NCBI GenBank assembly: GCA_963664705.1
Contig: OY761556.1
Location: 3,840,001 to 3,904,000 of the forward strand
Direction: 5' to 3'
DNA from: Acidobacteriota bacterium
GTDB taxonomy: Bacteria > Acidobacteriota > UBA6911
DNA length: 64,000 nt
How positions within the stretch are numbered: position 1 is the stretch's first letter; each line of letters begins with the position of its first letter. The position numbers were made by a program, and so were the translations under genes. Under the pieces are notes generated by a model. The model saw nothing but the letters and a program-made list of their open reading frames with translations. It was not told the DNA's origin and ran no database searches. Below, piece after piece: positions 1 through 10,229 of the stretch.

Positions 1-347
1 GGGTCCCGAAATCTCAACACCCTTCCCGGAATCAGGTTCAAGCCTTTGTGCCTTCCGAATTCCTCGCTTTCGGTAAAAAGCAGTTGCAAGCCAAGGCAGA
101 GCCCCAACAGCGGCGTCCCCAACGCTACCGCATCCTGCACGGCAGCATCCATCCCATCACGACGGAGGTTATCCATCGCATCGCCGAAGGCGCCCACGCC
201 GGGCAGTATCAGCCGCCTGGCCTTTCGGACCACATCGGGATCCCCTGAGATCAGGGGTCGGCCGCCAACGGACTCCAGTGCTTTCTCCACGGATCGGAGA
301 TTGCCCATGCCGTAATCCACAATTATCGTTTCAGACAGATCGGCCAA
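1..347 (-). CDS. hisH: Imidazole glycerol phosphate synthase glutaminase subunit (runs off the window start)
   Basis: Manual translation from TTG at 347: LADLSETIIVDYGMGNLRSVEKAL...LILPGVGAFGDAM...PLLGLCLGLQLL (GATase nucleophile elbow). Directly follows hisB. Not in the ORF track because it is truncated. Confidence 0.93.
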   Translation of the reverse strand, partial: MADLSETIIVDYGMGNLRSVEKALESVGGRPLISGDPDVVRKARRLILPGVGAFGDAMDNLRRDGMDAAVQDAVALGTPLLGLCLGLQLLFTESEEFGRHKGLNLIPGRVLRFRD

Positions 348-348
348 T

Positions 349-939
349 CTATATAACTCCCTTCGTCGACGGAACGCCTTGGACTCGCGGATCAACACGC
401 GTCGCAATGCTCAGCGCCCGCGCCGCAGCCTTGAACATAGCTTCAAAAATGTGATGCGTGTTCCGACCGTACAGCATCTCGATATGCAGGCAGATCCGCG
501 CGTGAGTCACAACCGCCTTCCAAAACTCCTCGATGAGATCCGATTCCAGCGCGCCCACGTGTTCCCGCTCGACTTTCACGTTATAAACCAGATAGGGTCT
601 GCCTGAAAGATCCAGCGCAACGCGCACCAGCGTTTCATCCATTGGAAAATAGGAATGCGCAAACCGCACAATACCGGATTTGTCCCCAAGGGCCTGTTCC
701 AATGCCGTCCCAAGACAGATACCGATGTCCTCAACCGAATGGTGGGCATCGACGCCAAGATCCCCCTTGCAGGAAACATCCAGATCGATAATCCCATGTT
801 TCGCGAAAAGATTGAGCATGTGATCCAGAAACTGAACGCCCGTATCTATATTGCTTTGTCCTGTCCCATCCAGATTCAAGGTTACCGAAACATTGGTTTC
901 GCTGGTGTTGCGCTTTATGGTTGCAGTTCGTGCTTTCAT
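349..939 (-). CDS. hisB: Imidazoleglycerol-phosphate dehydratase (monofunctional)
   Basis: FLDHML, DAHHSVED, PMDE, NTHHIFEA and PSTKG motifs. Confidence 0.97.
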   Translation of the reverse strand: MKARTATIKRNTSETNVSVTLNLDGTGQSNIDTGVQFLDHMLNLFAKHGIIDLDVSCKGDLGVDAHHSVEDIGICLGTALEQALGDKSGIVRFAHSYFPMDETLVRVALDLSGRPYLVYNVKVEREHVGALESDLIEEFWKAVVTHARICLHIEMLYGRNTHHIFEAMFKAAARALSIATRVDPRVQGVPSTKGVI

Positions 940-958
940 GTAAGTTTCCAGGCGCTGT

Positions 959-2050
959 CTATGCGGGTGAGACCCTTGCGCTCAAGGACGCACGCAGCGC
1001 GGACAAAAGTCGATTGTTTTCCTCCGGTGTTCCGACACTGATCCGCAGACACTTGGACAGCATCGGGTAAGACGAAACATCCCGAATCAGAATACCCTGG
1101 GCAAACAAATCCTGAAAAACCAGTTTTGGCTCAACCGGGACCTCGATCAAGAAGAAGTTGGCCTCGGTCGGGTGTACCTTGAGATCCGGCATTTGGCCGA
1201 GTTCACGAACCAGCCGATCTCGCTCCTGCAGAACAGCCTCGATGGGCGGGCGGAAGCGGCTGATATTTTCGAGAGCAACTTCGGCGGCGGTCAGGCTGAA
1301 CTGATTGACGTTATAGGGCAGCTTCGCTTTGGCAACCTGAGTGGTCAGTTCCGGATGCGCCAGCATATAACCCACCCGCAGGCTGGCCATTCCCATGGCT
1401 TTCGAAAAAGTTCTCGTGATAATCAGTCGCGGATAGTCTTTGAGAAATTCAAGTCCACTTTGCCCCCAAAACTCATAGTAGGCTTCATCCAGCAGCACAT
1501 GTCCGGGAAACCGATCCAGGATGAGTCTCAGGTTTTCCCCTCTCAAAACCGCACCGGTCGGATTATTCGGAGTATTGACAATCAAAACGCCTGCGCCCGA
1601 TTCTATGGATTTGTCAATGAGGGCATCGACGTCAAAGGCCAAATCCTCCTTCAGTGGAATGCCCACAACTTCCGCACCCAATACAGTCGAAATCAAACGA
1701 TAAACCGTAAACGTCGGAGCAGGAATGGCAACCTTTGACCGACTTTTGATGAGCACGGTTAAGGTTGCCTGCAGCAGTTCGTTCGATCCATTCCCGACGA
1801 GAACGCCATCGGGCCGCCAGCCGACAAAATCCGCCAACTGCTTGTGCAGCGACTCGGGAATAAAGTCCGGATAGCGGGACCATTGGCGATTCCTGAACCT
1901 CCGGTAGGTCTCCTCCTTAAGATCGTCGGGGAAATCATAGGGGTTTTCGTTCTGGTTGAGCTTCACCTCCGCATCATACGCATGCAGCGTGTAAGCTGGA
2001 ACCTTCAGAACCTGCGGCTTCACTCCATATAAAGGCGAATTCTTCTTCAC
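959..2050 (-). CDS. hisC: Histidinol-phosphate aminotransferase
   Basis: KLNQNENP, GNGSNE, PNNPTG, DEAY and RTFSKAMG (PLP lysine) motifs; his operon context. Confidence 0.95.
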   Translation of the reverse strand: MKKNSPLYGVKPQVLKVPAYTLHAYDAEVKLNQNENPYDFPDDLKEETYRRFRNRQWSRYPDFIPESLHKQLADFVGWRPDGVLVGNGSNELLQATLTVLIKSRSKVAIPAPTFTVYRLISTVLGAEVVGIPLKEDLAFDVDALIDKSIESGAGVLIVNTPNNPTGAVLRGENLRLILDRFPGHVLLDEAYYEFWGQSGLEFLKDYPRLIITRTFSKAMGMASLRVGYMLAHPELTTQVAKAKLPYNVNQFSLTAAEVALENISRFRPPIEAVLQERDRLVRELGQMPDLKVHPTEANFFLIEVPVEPKLVFQDLFAQGILIRDVSSYPMLSKCLRISVGTPEENNRLLSALRASLSARVSPA

Positions 2051-2052
2051 GG

Positions 2053-3363
2053 CTAGGCTTCCTCATCCAATGGTTCTTCCCCGGATTCCTGTCGAATGGT
2101 GACCGACCGGGCATGGGCGTCCAAACCTTCCGAACGGGCAAGGGCATCGATCGATTTCCAGGTACGGGAGAGTTCTTCTTTCGAATACCGGATAATGCTG
2201 GTTCTGCGCTGGAAGTGATACACGCCAAGTGGCGAGAAAAACCGCGCGGTTCCGCTTGTCGGGAGGACATGATTCGCACCGGCAAAATAGTCCCCGACCG
2301 CTTCCGGAGAATAGTCGCCATAGAAAATCGATCCGGCATGCCGGACCTTGTCGATGGCAGACATTGGTATGGATGCAAAAATCTCCAGGTGTTCGGGAGC
2401 AATCTCATTGATCCACTGCGTTGATTGCAGATAGCTGTCCATCACAACAACGGCTCCATAGCTTTCAATCGATTTCCTGGCAATTTCCTTTCTTGAAAGA
2501 GATGCCATCTGCTTCTCTATTTCGCGCTGGATGAGAATAGCGTGCGGCATGGAGTCGGTAAAACAAATGGAGCAGGCGGCTTCATCATGTTCTGCCTGGG
2601 ACAGCATGTCTGCTGCAATAAAGCGCGGATTGGATTCGGCCGACGCAAGAATCACAACCTCGCTGGGCCCGGCAACCATGTCGATGTCGACCTGACCGTA
2701 TACTTCCCGTTTCGCAGCCGTGACATATGCATTCCCGGGGCCAACAATTTTATCGACGCGCGGAATCGTATCCGTACCATATGCCAGTGCGGCGACAGCC
2801 TGCGCGCCGCCAACAAGATATACTTCGGAGGCATTTAGTTCGTGCAACGCCGCGGCTATCACCGGATTCTGCTGAAAGGTGTGCGGCGGAGTTACGACCA
2901 CGATGCGTTTCACACCGGCTATTTTGGCGGGAATGATATTCATCAGGACAGAGGAAGGATATGCCGCACTCCCACCTGGCACATAAACGCCAACGCTGTC
3001 CAAAGGCAAAACACGTTGCCCCAATACAACCCCGCGCTTGCTGAATTCCCAGGATTTCTGAATCTGCCGCGCATGGTAGGCATGGATGTTGAAAATAGCC
3101 TTTTCGAGATCGATGAGGAGATGCGGGTCCGCCTTTTTGGCAATCGTGCGCAATGCCTGAGGGCGAACGCGCATTTGCCTGGCATTCATTTTGACTTTAT
3201 CGAACCGCTCCGTGTATTTCAGAACCGCGCGGTCGCCCTCCTTCTGCACCTGCGAGATGATCTGCCGTACGCTGCCCACGATGTCATGGGCAACGAGGCT
3301 TTTGCGACTCTCCAGGCGGGCGAATAGTTTGGCCCTGTCCCGTTCTTGATAGATCTTTATCAT
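2053..3363 (-). CDS. hisD: Histidinol dehydrogenase
   Basis: YVPGG, GGAQAVAALAYG, KIVGPGN, AGPSE, QAEHD and APEHLE motifs. ATG 3363 preferred over 3417. Confidence 0.97.
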   Translation of the reverse strand: MIKIYQERDRAKLFARLESRKSLVAHDIVGSVRQIISQVQKEGDRAVLKYTERFDKVKMNARQMRVRPQALRTIAKKADPHLLIDLEKAIFNIHAYHARQIQKSWEFSKRGVVLGQRVLPLDSVGVYVPGGSAAYPSSVLMNIIPAKIAGVKRIVVVTPPHTFQQNPVIAAALHELNASEVYLVGGAQAVAALAYGTDTIPRVDKIVGPGNAYVTAAKREVYGQVDIDMVAGPSEVVILASAESNPRFIAADMLSQAEHDEAACSICFTDSMPHAILIQREIEKQMASLSRKEIARKSIESYGAVVVMDSYLQSTQWINEIAPEHLEIFASIPMSAIDKVRHAGSIFYGDYSPEAVGDYFAGANHVLPTSGTARFFSPLGVYHFQRRTSIIRYSKEELSRTWKSIDALARSEGLDAHARSVTIRQESGEEPLDEEA

Positions 3364-3413
3364 GTCAGCACCTTCACGGGTTCTCCGCTTCCGGCTCCCC
3401 GCATCCTGTTCAA

Positions 3414-4751
3414 TCAATTTCGAATTGCTTCCGCCAACCCTTTTTCTGTCATCAACCGCTCGATATCAGCGATTTCCTTCGGCACTTCCCCTGTAAGAAC
3501 CTCGTATCCGTCCCTGGTTACAAGGACGGTATCCTCGATACGAATGCCAATACCCTTATCCGGCATGTACACGCCCGGTTCAACAGTCAACACCACTCCA
3601 GGTTCAAATGGCACGGATCTTCCAACGTCATGCGTAGCCATTCCCACATAATGGCTGACCCCGTGATTGAGAAATCTCGCATAGGCATGGCGATTGAGCA
3701 CATCACGGACCGTCCCCTCAAGATCGCTGAAAGTTGCTCCCGGCTTGATCTTCTCCAGCGCAGCTTTTTGCGAGTCCAACACGATTTGGTAGACCTTCGC
3801 CTGCTCTCCGGTAAACTTGCCGGAAATCGGAAAAGTGCGGGTAACGTCTGCCTGGTAATATTGGTAGTCTGGCCCGTAATCGATCAGGACGAGGTCTCCG
3901 GATTCCATCCTGCGCGCATTCTCGCCATAGTGCAAAAGGCACGAGTTCGGTCCCGATCCCACAATCGGATAGAAAGCATCCCCGGATGCCCCATTCCAGA
4001 GGAAAACGAACCTGGCTATGGCGGCCACCTGGTATTCGAACATGCCCGGCTTTGCGGACCGTATCGATTCCTTCAAACCAAGAGCACCAATGCGACCAGC
4101 CTGGCGCAGTCGGTCGATTTCCCGCGAGTCTTTGACGCGCCGCATTTCATCCAAAATTGGCGAAAGATCTTTGACCGATGTCAGCTTGAATTGCGTCTGC
4201 AGGACCTGTTCAAAAACCGCTTCACGACTGGAACGTCCATCCCAGAAATCACTCTTGCGGCTTATTTCAAATCTCACCGCTCTGTCGCGACTGGTTGCGG
4301 ATGTCTCGCTGGGAGACATCGGCGTATACAGACATTTCTGGCTCCCCAGACGCTTTTCCAGCTCTTCCCCGAACTGCATGCTCTCCAAAACGGCATCCAT
4401 TCCGGTAGTCTTCTGCGCTTCCACCCCGGGGATAAGCCGCCTTCCTTCCCAGCCTTCAAGCTCCTTGTCCAACTCAGGCAGAAAGAGGATAGATTGACGG
4501 CGTACGCCATCCACAAGCAGCCTGGCATTGGGAGTTTCAACGCCCGTCAGGTAATAAAAGCTGTTGTCCTGGCGAAAGACGGTGTAAGACCTGAGATCCG
4601 GCTCTCCCTGGAGAACCGCGATTGAGTTTCCGATCTTTTTCATCAGGGATGCACGTCTCGACGCATAAACTGCATTGTCATCGGAATTCCCGATAGCCGT
4701 TTGCAGGAAGATGCAGGCAAGAAGCAACGCCCTCAGCACCGCTTTCAACAT
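3414..4751 (-). CDS. Exported Xaa-Pro aminopeptidase (M24B family)
   Basis: FRQDNSFYYLTG, DYG...ADVTRTFP, HYVGMATHD, TVEPG and RIED metal ligands; signal-peptide-like N-terminus from ATG 4751. Confidence 0.88.
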   Translation of the reverse strand: MLKAVLRALLLACIFLQTAIGNSDDNAVYASRRASLMKKIGNSIAVLQGEPDLRSYTVFRQDNSFYYLTGVETPNARLLVDGVRRQSILFLPELDKELEGWEGRRLIPGVEAQKTTGMDAVLESMQFGEELEKRLGSQKCLYTPMSPSETSATSRDRAVRFEISRKSDFWDGRSSREAVFEQVLQTQFKLTSVKDLSPILDEMRRVKDSREIDRLRQAGRIGALGLKESIRSAKPGMFEYQVAAIARFVFLWNGASGDAFYPIVGSGPNSCLLHYGENARRMESGDLVLIDYGPDYQYYQADVTRTFPISGKFTGEQAKVYQIVLDSQKAALEKIKPGATFSDLEGTVRDVLNRHAYARFLNHGVSHYVGMATHDVGRSVPFEPGVVLTVEPGVYMPDKGIGIRIEDTVLVTRDGYEVLTGEVPKEIADIERLMTEKGLAEAIRN

Positions 4752-4794
4752 TTCCCACTCCAAATGCCAAAACCATGATAATAGCACGAGATAC

Positions 4795-4875
4795 AAACGG
4801 GGTCCGACCCTGAAAAACTGAAAATTCCAGAGAACGCGAACAAAATTTTCAAATTATCGGGGTCTGGCTCCGTTT
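4795..4875. repeat. REP-like imperfect palindrome doublet / long hairpin
   Basis: Arms AAACGGGGTCCGACCC and GGGTCTGGCTCCGTTT are inverted relative to each other and each is self-palindromic; inner TGAAAATT/AATTTTCA pair. Confidence 0.55.
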
Positions 4876-4876
4876 T

Positions 4877-6052
4877 TCACTTTTTATGGACAAGGGCGGC
4901 ACGGGTAATGGCTTTGCCGCCAAAGCGCTGGGTAATGCTATCCATGGCTGATGCCAGCTTCTGGTTTTTCGGCGAGGGTTGATCCAACAACGACATCTGC
5001 TTCCCAATGGTCTCAACTTCGAGGTTGCTGCTGTATATACCAATCAGCCGAACCAGCAATCCTTCACGCCAAAGGCTTTGTAAAAGCTTGTCTGCAACCG
5101 GAAAAATTTCCTCTGCCGTATTCACCGAAGGGTTCAGGGTGATCCGCCGGGTGAAGGTCGAGAAGTCCGCCTCCCGGAATTTGACCGTAATTGTCCGGGC
5201 CCGCGTTTGGTTGGCCCGAAGCCGTTGGGCTACTTTTTCAGACAATGCAAGAAGAGTGGCATGAAGCAAACCGGCATCCGATGTGTCCTTGTCGAAAGTG
5301 ATCTCATGGCCAATTGATTTGAATCCTTCCGCAGAGACCACCGGCCGGTCGTCTATCCCGTTTGCAAGCTGCCACAAGTGGGCTCCCGTTTTTCCCAGGC
5401 GAACGGCAAGCTCACTATGGGATAAATCCGCGATTTGTCCGATCCGCTGCAACCCCGCTCGCTTCAGATCCTCTTCGGTCTTGGGTCCCACGCCCCAAAG
5501 CCGGCGTATGGGAAGCGGCGACAGGAATTCCTTCTCCCCTCCCGGTCTCACGATAACAAGTCCGTCCGGTTTCTCGAGATCAGATGCGACTTTTGCAATG
5601 AATTTGCTGGCGGCAACTCCAACAGAGGCCGTCAGCCCCAGTTCATGCCCGATCCTGGTTTTGATCTTCCTGGCAATCGTGGGTCCATCGCCAAAGAGCT
5701 TCTCGCTCCCTGTCACGTCCAGGAAAGCCTCATCAACGCTGACTTGCTCAATCAGGTCGGTAAAGTCGCCGAAAATATCCATGATGAGCCCGGAAACCCG
5801 TGCATACTTCTCCATATCCGGCCGAACATAAATTCCTTGCGGGCAGAGTTTCCATGCTTTGGATATAGGCTGCGCGGAGTGCACTCCGAATTTGCGCGCT
5901 TCGTAGGAACAGGTCGCGACAATTCCCCGGCCTTTTCCTTCTTTGGGATCGGATCCGACAATGACCGGCCTGCCCCGTAACTCGGGTCGATCGCGCTGCT
6001 CAACCGATGCATAAAATGCATCCATATCCACATGCAGAATGGTCCGGTTCAT
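4877..6052 (-). CDS. dinB: DNA polymerase IV (Y-family, catalytic residues intact)
   Basis: HVDMDAFYASVE, SYEARKFG, SVDEAFLD and AKVASDLEKPDG motifs; C-terminal QMSLL clamp-binding motif. Confidence 0.96.
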   Translation of the reverse strand: MNRTILHVDMDAFYASVEQRDRPELRGRPVIVGSDPKEGKGRGIVATCSYEARKFGVHSAQPISKAWKLCPQGIYVRPDMEKYARVSGLIMDIFGDFTDLIEQVSVDEAFLDVTGSEKLFGDGPTIARKIKTRIGHELGLTASVGVAASKFIAKVASDLEKPDGLVIVRPGGEKEFLSPLPIRRLWGVGPKTEEDLKRAGLQRIGQIADLSHSELAVRLGKTGAHLWQLANGIDDRPVVSAEGFKSIGHEITFDKDTSDAGLLHATLLALSEKVAQRLRANQTRARTITVKFREADFSTFTRRITLNPSVNTAEEIFPVADKLLQSLWREGLLVRLIGIYSSNLEVETIGKQMSLLDQPSPKNQKLASAMDSITQRFGGKAITRAALVHKK

Positions 6053-6160
6053 CTCTTCAGTTTATCCCAAAGCCGGAATACCGCTCACGATTACTTATGG
6101 TTTCAAACCGGGCAGCGGGCGGCGGCAGCAAGAACAGTCAAACGGAGGTGACGTCGCGAT

Positions 6161-7774
6161 TCAAACCTGAAGTACGCCGGTTTGGAATGTCTCCAAGACA
6201 GGATTCTGGGCAGCTGTCTCCAACGCGAGGATGAAGGCCTGTCGCGTTTCCAGTGGAGAAATTATCTTATCGACCCAGAGTCGCGCAGCCGCATAGCGAG
6301 GATCCAATGCCGCGGTATATTGCGCCGCAATGCCGGTCAGAATGCGTTCCTTCTCATCTTCCGAAAGCTGCCGGCCCCTCTGTTCCTCCTGGCGAACACG
6401 TATATCCGCGAGCGTGCGCGCCGCGGAAGCTCCGGCCATGACTGCATAGCGAGCCGTGGGCCATGCAAAAACAAATCGCGGATCATAGGCTTTCCCGCAT
6501 AGCGCGTAATGGCCCGCTCCATAACTCCCGGCAAGAATCAGCGTAATTTTCGGCACAACGCTGTTGGCAACGACATTAACCAGCTTTGCTCCGGACTTGA
6601 TGATTCCAGAGACTTCCGCGTCCCGGCCTACCATAAACCCGTTGACATCGTGCATGAATACCAGGGGGATCCGGTTTTCATTGCAGTCCATGACAAATCG
6701 CGCCGCCTTGTCGGCTGCATCCGCGTATATGACGCCGCCGACCTCCACCGGTTTCCCAGGCTCCCGATGATGCAGTTTGTTGTTGGCGACGATTCCGACC
6801 GCCCAACCGCCAATGCGTGCATAGCCGCAAATCAGCGATTTCCCGTACTCCGATTTGTACTCGGTGAACTCGCTATTATCGGCAATGCAGGCAATAATCG
6901 CGCGAACATCATATTCCCGCGAAGGATTCACCGGCATCAGATCAAATATCGATTCGGCCGGATGCAACGGTTCCCTCGGTTCGATGCGATTGAAAGGCGA
7001 GCCAATCGACTGTCCCATCATTGAGGCCAGGGTCCTAATTCTCTGAATGCAGGCTCCATCGTCTTTCTCGCGAAAGTCCACCGTGCCACTAAGCTCGGCG
7101 TGGAGGCGCGCGCCTCCGAGATCTTCCCCGCTGAGATCCTGACCAATTGCGGCCTTGACCAACGATGGACCGGCGATATACAAACCACTCCCCTCTGTCA
7201 TCAGGATCTTGTCAGACATTACCGGAAGGTAGGCCCCGCCGGCCACGCAACTCCCCATGATGGCCGCTATCTGCGGAACTCCCATCGCCGACAGGCGCGC
7301 ATTGTTTCGAAAAATGCGACCGAAATCGTCTTCGTCGGGAAAAACCTCGTCCTGCAATGGAAGAAATACGCCGGCGGAATCCACCAGGTATATCACCGGC
7401 AATCGATTATCCATTGCGATACGCTGCGCCCTCAGAAATTTCTTCGCCGTCATCGGGAAAAACGAGCCTGCCTTGACGGTAGCGTCATTCGCGATGATCA
7501 TGAATGGACGCTGCGCAATCTGGCCGATGCCGGTGATAACACCGGCAGAGGGAGCGCCCCCCCACTCCTCGTACATCTGGTAGGCCGCAAAAATTGCCAA
7601 TTCAAAAAAATGGGACCCGGGATCAATCAGCTGCTTTATACGCTGACGGGCTGTCAGCCGTTTTTTTGCATACTGCCTTTTTATGGCATCCGATCCACCA
7701 CCCTGACACAGGATGTTTTCATCTTTCCCGATAGCTTCCAGCAATTCCGCCCATCGTTTCCGGTTTTCTTCCAA
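6161..7774 (-). CDS. Acyl-CoA carboxylase carboxyltransferase subunit (methylcrotonyl/propionyl-CoA type)
   Basis: ANDATVKAG, DSAG, GSCVAGGAY, GFMVG and GSYGAG motifs. Confidence 0.9.
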   Translation of the reverse strand: MEENRKRWAELLEAIGKDENILCQGGGSDAIKRQYAKKRLTARQRIKQLIDPGSHFFELAIFAAYQMYEEWGGAPSAGVITGIGQIAQRPFMIIANDATVKAGSFFPMTAKKFLRAQRIAMDNRLPVIYLVDSAGVFLPLQDEVFPDEDDFGRIFRNNARLSAMGVPQIAAIMGSCVAGGAYLPVMSDKILMTEGSGLYIAGPSLVKAAIGQDLSGEDLGGARLHAELSGTVDFREKDDGACIQRIRTLASMMGQSIGSPFNRIEPREPLHPAESIFDLMPVNPSREYDVRAIIACIADNSEFTEYKSEYGKSLICGYARIGGWAVGIVANNKLHHREPGKPVEVGGVIYADAADKAARFVMDCNENRIPLVFMHDVNGFMVGRDAEVSGIIKSGAKLVNVVANSVVPKITLILAGSYGAGHYALCGKAYDPRFVFAWPTARYAVMAGASAARTLADIRVRQEEQRGRQLSEDEKERILTGIAAQYTAALDPRYAAARLWVDKIISPLETRQAFILALETAAQNPVLETFQTGVLQV

Positions 7775-7832
7775 GGGTCACCTCTAGGAATTATTATAAT
7801 TGCGTGGTTTCATCACTCCCAGGAATAAGAAA

Positions 7833-7864
7833 AGGAGACAGGAGGCAGGAGACAGGAGACAGAG
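7833..7864. repeat. Heptamer tandem repeat (AGGAGRC)x4
   Basis: AGGAGAC AGGAGGC AGGAGAC AGGAGAC AGAG in the divergent intergenic region. Confidence 0.85.
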
Positions 7865-7917
7865 CGCTTTCTTTTTTCTTTCCATTCCGCCGGGTTCTGG
7901 TATGATCTTGGGTTTGA

Positions 7918-7934
7918 TTGAAATTTGTTTTCAA
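7918..7934. promoter_or_regulatory. Fur-box-like palindrome upstream of feoB
   Basis: TTGAAA-TTTGT-TTTCAA inverted repeat 16 nt before the feoB ATG, downstream of an extended -10 (TGGTATGAT, 7898-7906). Confidence 0.6.
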
Positions 7935-7950
7935 GAAAGAGATTTAATAG

Positions 7951-10218
7951 ATGGCGAAAGATACTCCCCTTCTTTCGAAGAAAGTAGTTCTGGTCGGCAA
8001 CCCCAACGTAGGAAAGTCCGTTATTTTCAGACTTTTAACCGGAAATTACGTACTGGTCTCAAACTTCCCGGGAACAACGGTTGAGGTATCGCGTGGACGG
8101 ATGCAGATTGCCGGCGTCAACTATGAAATCGTGGATACGCCGGGAGTCAACAGCCTTGTTCCGCAATCCGAGGATGAGCGTGTCGCGTGCGAAATTCTGT
8201 TGAGGGAAAAACCGGACCTCATCATTCAGGTAGCGGATGCCAAAAACATGCGGCGCACACTCCTGATTGCCTCTCAACTTGCCGAGTTTGGCATTCCCAT
8301 GATCCTTGTTCTCAACATGATTGACGAAGCGGAAGAGCGAGGCATTGAGATCGATTCCCAGGGACTGTCCTCCTATTTCTCCATTCCGGTCATTGAAACG
8401 GTGGCCATCTATTCGCGCGGAAGGCGGCAGCTTCTTAACGCGATTCAGAGTGCCGGAAGACCACCGCGCAATCTCCTTTCGGAGTTTGCCCAGGGATCCC
8501 AAGTTCCGATGCTCGCACGCGGACTGCCGGCCCCCGCTCTTCTATCGGTTGAATGGCTGGCTGAGGGAGATATTGAACTCGCGCGAACGATAGAAGCCTC
8601 CGCAGGATCAAAAGCTTTTGCGCAGCTAAAGGAATTCGGAGAAAAATATCGGGCCGCCGGCCATGGCAATGCCGTTCACGAAATTGGCGAGATCAGAAAC
8701 CGCATGCTTGAAAAATCGGCTCCTCTATTCAAGAGAAAGAGGACGAGCCGGTTTGTGGAGGAATCGAGCGGGAGCAAAAAGTTCTGGCTCTCATTTCTGA
8801 TCTGTGGGCTGGTGTTGTTCGTGTGGAATGAACTCGGTGGAATGCTGCGCATCCCAACGCCTTTTACGATGATCTCGCGGGCCGTGGTAGGATGGGCAGA
8901 CGCATGGCTGGGGCATGGCTACTTTGGAGCCGATCTGCTGCGCAGCCTATTGCTCGGCAAAAATGCATCCGGACGCTATGAATACGGAATTATCCCCGAA
9001 GTCATTCATTTTTTAATGCTGATTGCACCCGTGATTCTCCCGCTTGGAATGCTCCTGTCCCGCAGCCGGGCCTTTGTCCATGAAATCGGAATTATGACGC
9101 GGCGGGCCTCCACCGGCATCCCGATACTATTCGGCGTGCTGATGCTGCTGTATGAATTTGTCGGCTATACGGGGGCGCAGACGCTCGTCGGACTTATTGA
9201 AAAGGTGCTCTTTGGCGACCACTTTATCCCGTTCCTGCAACGCCTGCTGCCGCCCGGCTTTTTTGCAGAGCTGATTGCAGGAAAATACGGCATCGTTTCG
9301 GTAGGTCTGACCTACGCCATCGGCATTGTGATGCCCGTAGTGGGAACATTTTTTATCGCCTTTGGACTGCTTGAAGACAGCGGATATCTGCCTAGGCTCT
9401 CGATTCTGTCGGATCGACTGATGCGGCTGCTGGGACTGAATGGCAAAGCCGTGCTCCCCATGGTCCTGGGCTTCGGCTGCGGTACGATGGCGACAATGTC
9501 TACCCGAATTCTGAGTTCCAGAAGAGAACGACTCATCGCCACGCTGCTGCTCGCACTGGGTATTCCCTGCTCCGCGCAGCTCGGCGTCATGATGGGAATC
9601 GCAGCCGGTTTTTCTCAGAAAGCTACACTCACCGTCATGGCGGTGGTTGCATCCCAGCTGCTCCTGGTCGGGTTTCTCTCCTCCAAGCTGATCAAAGGGC
9701 AGCCGAGCGAGTTTATTTTTGAGATACCGCCGATCCGTGTACCTCAATTCAAGAACGTCGCGCTGAAAACCTGGTATCGCGTTCAATGGTACCTGAAAGA
9801 GGCGGTTCCTCTTTTCCTCGTCGGCACAATGGTTTTGTTTGTGCTGGACGCCGTTCATGTGGAAACGCACAGTCTGCTGGAGTGGCTGCAAATCGGAATG
9901 GCACCACTGCTCTCCGGACTGCTCCACCTCCCATCAGAAGCGGCCGGCATATTTCTCCTCGGTTTCCTGCGCCGCGATTATGGAGCCGCAGGGCTTTACG
10001 ATCTGGCGCGCAGAGGACTGTTGAACGGACAGCAGATTGTGGTCAGCCTTACGGTCATCACGCTGTTCGTCCCGTGCGTGGCCAGTTTCCTCGTGATTAT
10101 CAAGGAGCAGGGTGTGAAGCGAGCACTTGCGATCACGGGATTTATCGTGCCTTTTGCGATCGGCGTCGGCGCTGTGTTGAGTTGGATCCTTCGCACCTTT
10201 AACATTCAGTTTTACTAG
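7951..10218 (+). CDS. feoB: Ferrous iron transporter FeoB
   Basis: G1 GNPNVGKS, G2 NFPGTTVE, G3 DTPG, G4 NMID; gate motifs LEDSGYL, GFGC, PCSAQL, EIPP and PCVAS. Confidence 0.95.
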   Translation: MAKDTPLLSKKVVLVGNPNVGKSVIFRLLTGNYVLVSNFPGTTVEVSRGRMQIAGVNYEIVDTPGVNSLVPQSEDERVACEILLREKPDLIIQVADAKNMRRTLLIASQLAEFGIPMILVLNMIDEAEERGIEIDSQGLSSYFSIPVIETVAIYSRGRRQLLNAIQSAGRPPRNLLSEFAQGSQVPMLARGLPAPALLSVEWLAEGDIELARTIEASAGSKAFAQLKEFGEKYRAAGHGNAVHEIGEIRNRMLEKSAPLFKRKRTSRFVEESSGSKKFWLSFLICGLVLFVWNELGGMLRIPTPFTMISRAVVGWADAWLGHGYFGADLLRSLLLGKNASGRYEYGIIPEVIHFLMLIAPVILPLGMLLSRSRAFVHEIGIMTRRASTGIPILFGVLMLLYEFVGYTGAQTLVGLIEKVLFGDHFIPFLQRLLPPGFFAELIAGKYGIVSVGLTYAIGIVMPVVGTFFIAFGLLEDSGYLPRLSILSDRLMRLLGLNGKAVLPMVLGFGCGTMATMSTRILSSRRERLIATLLLALGIPCSAQLGVMMGIAAGFSQKATLTVMAVVASQLLLVGFLSSKLIKGQPSEFIFEIPPIRVPQFKNVALKTWYRVQWYLKEAVPLFLVGTMVLFVLDAVHVETHSLLEWLQIGMAPLLSGLLHLPSEAAGIFLLGFLRRDYGAAGLYDLARRGLLNGQQIVVSLTVITLFVPCVASFLVIIKEQGVKRALAITGFIVPFAIGVGAVLSWILRTFNIQFY

Positions 10219-10229
10219 GTCCCAATTGC

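Noticed and set aside
3630-4625. Long antisense ORFs (also 19950-20927, 26775-27701, 39784-40710, 50557-51528)
   Set aside because: Shadow frames opposite well-supported genes, with no recognisable motifs
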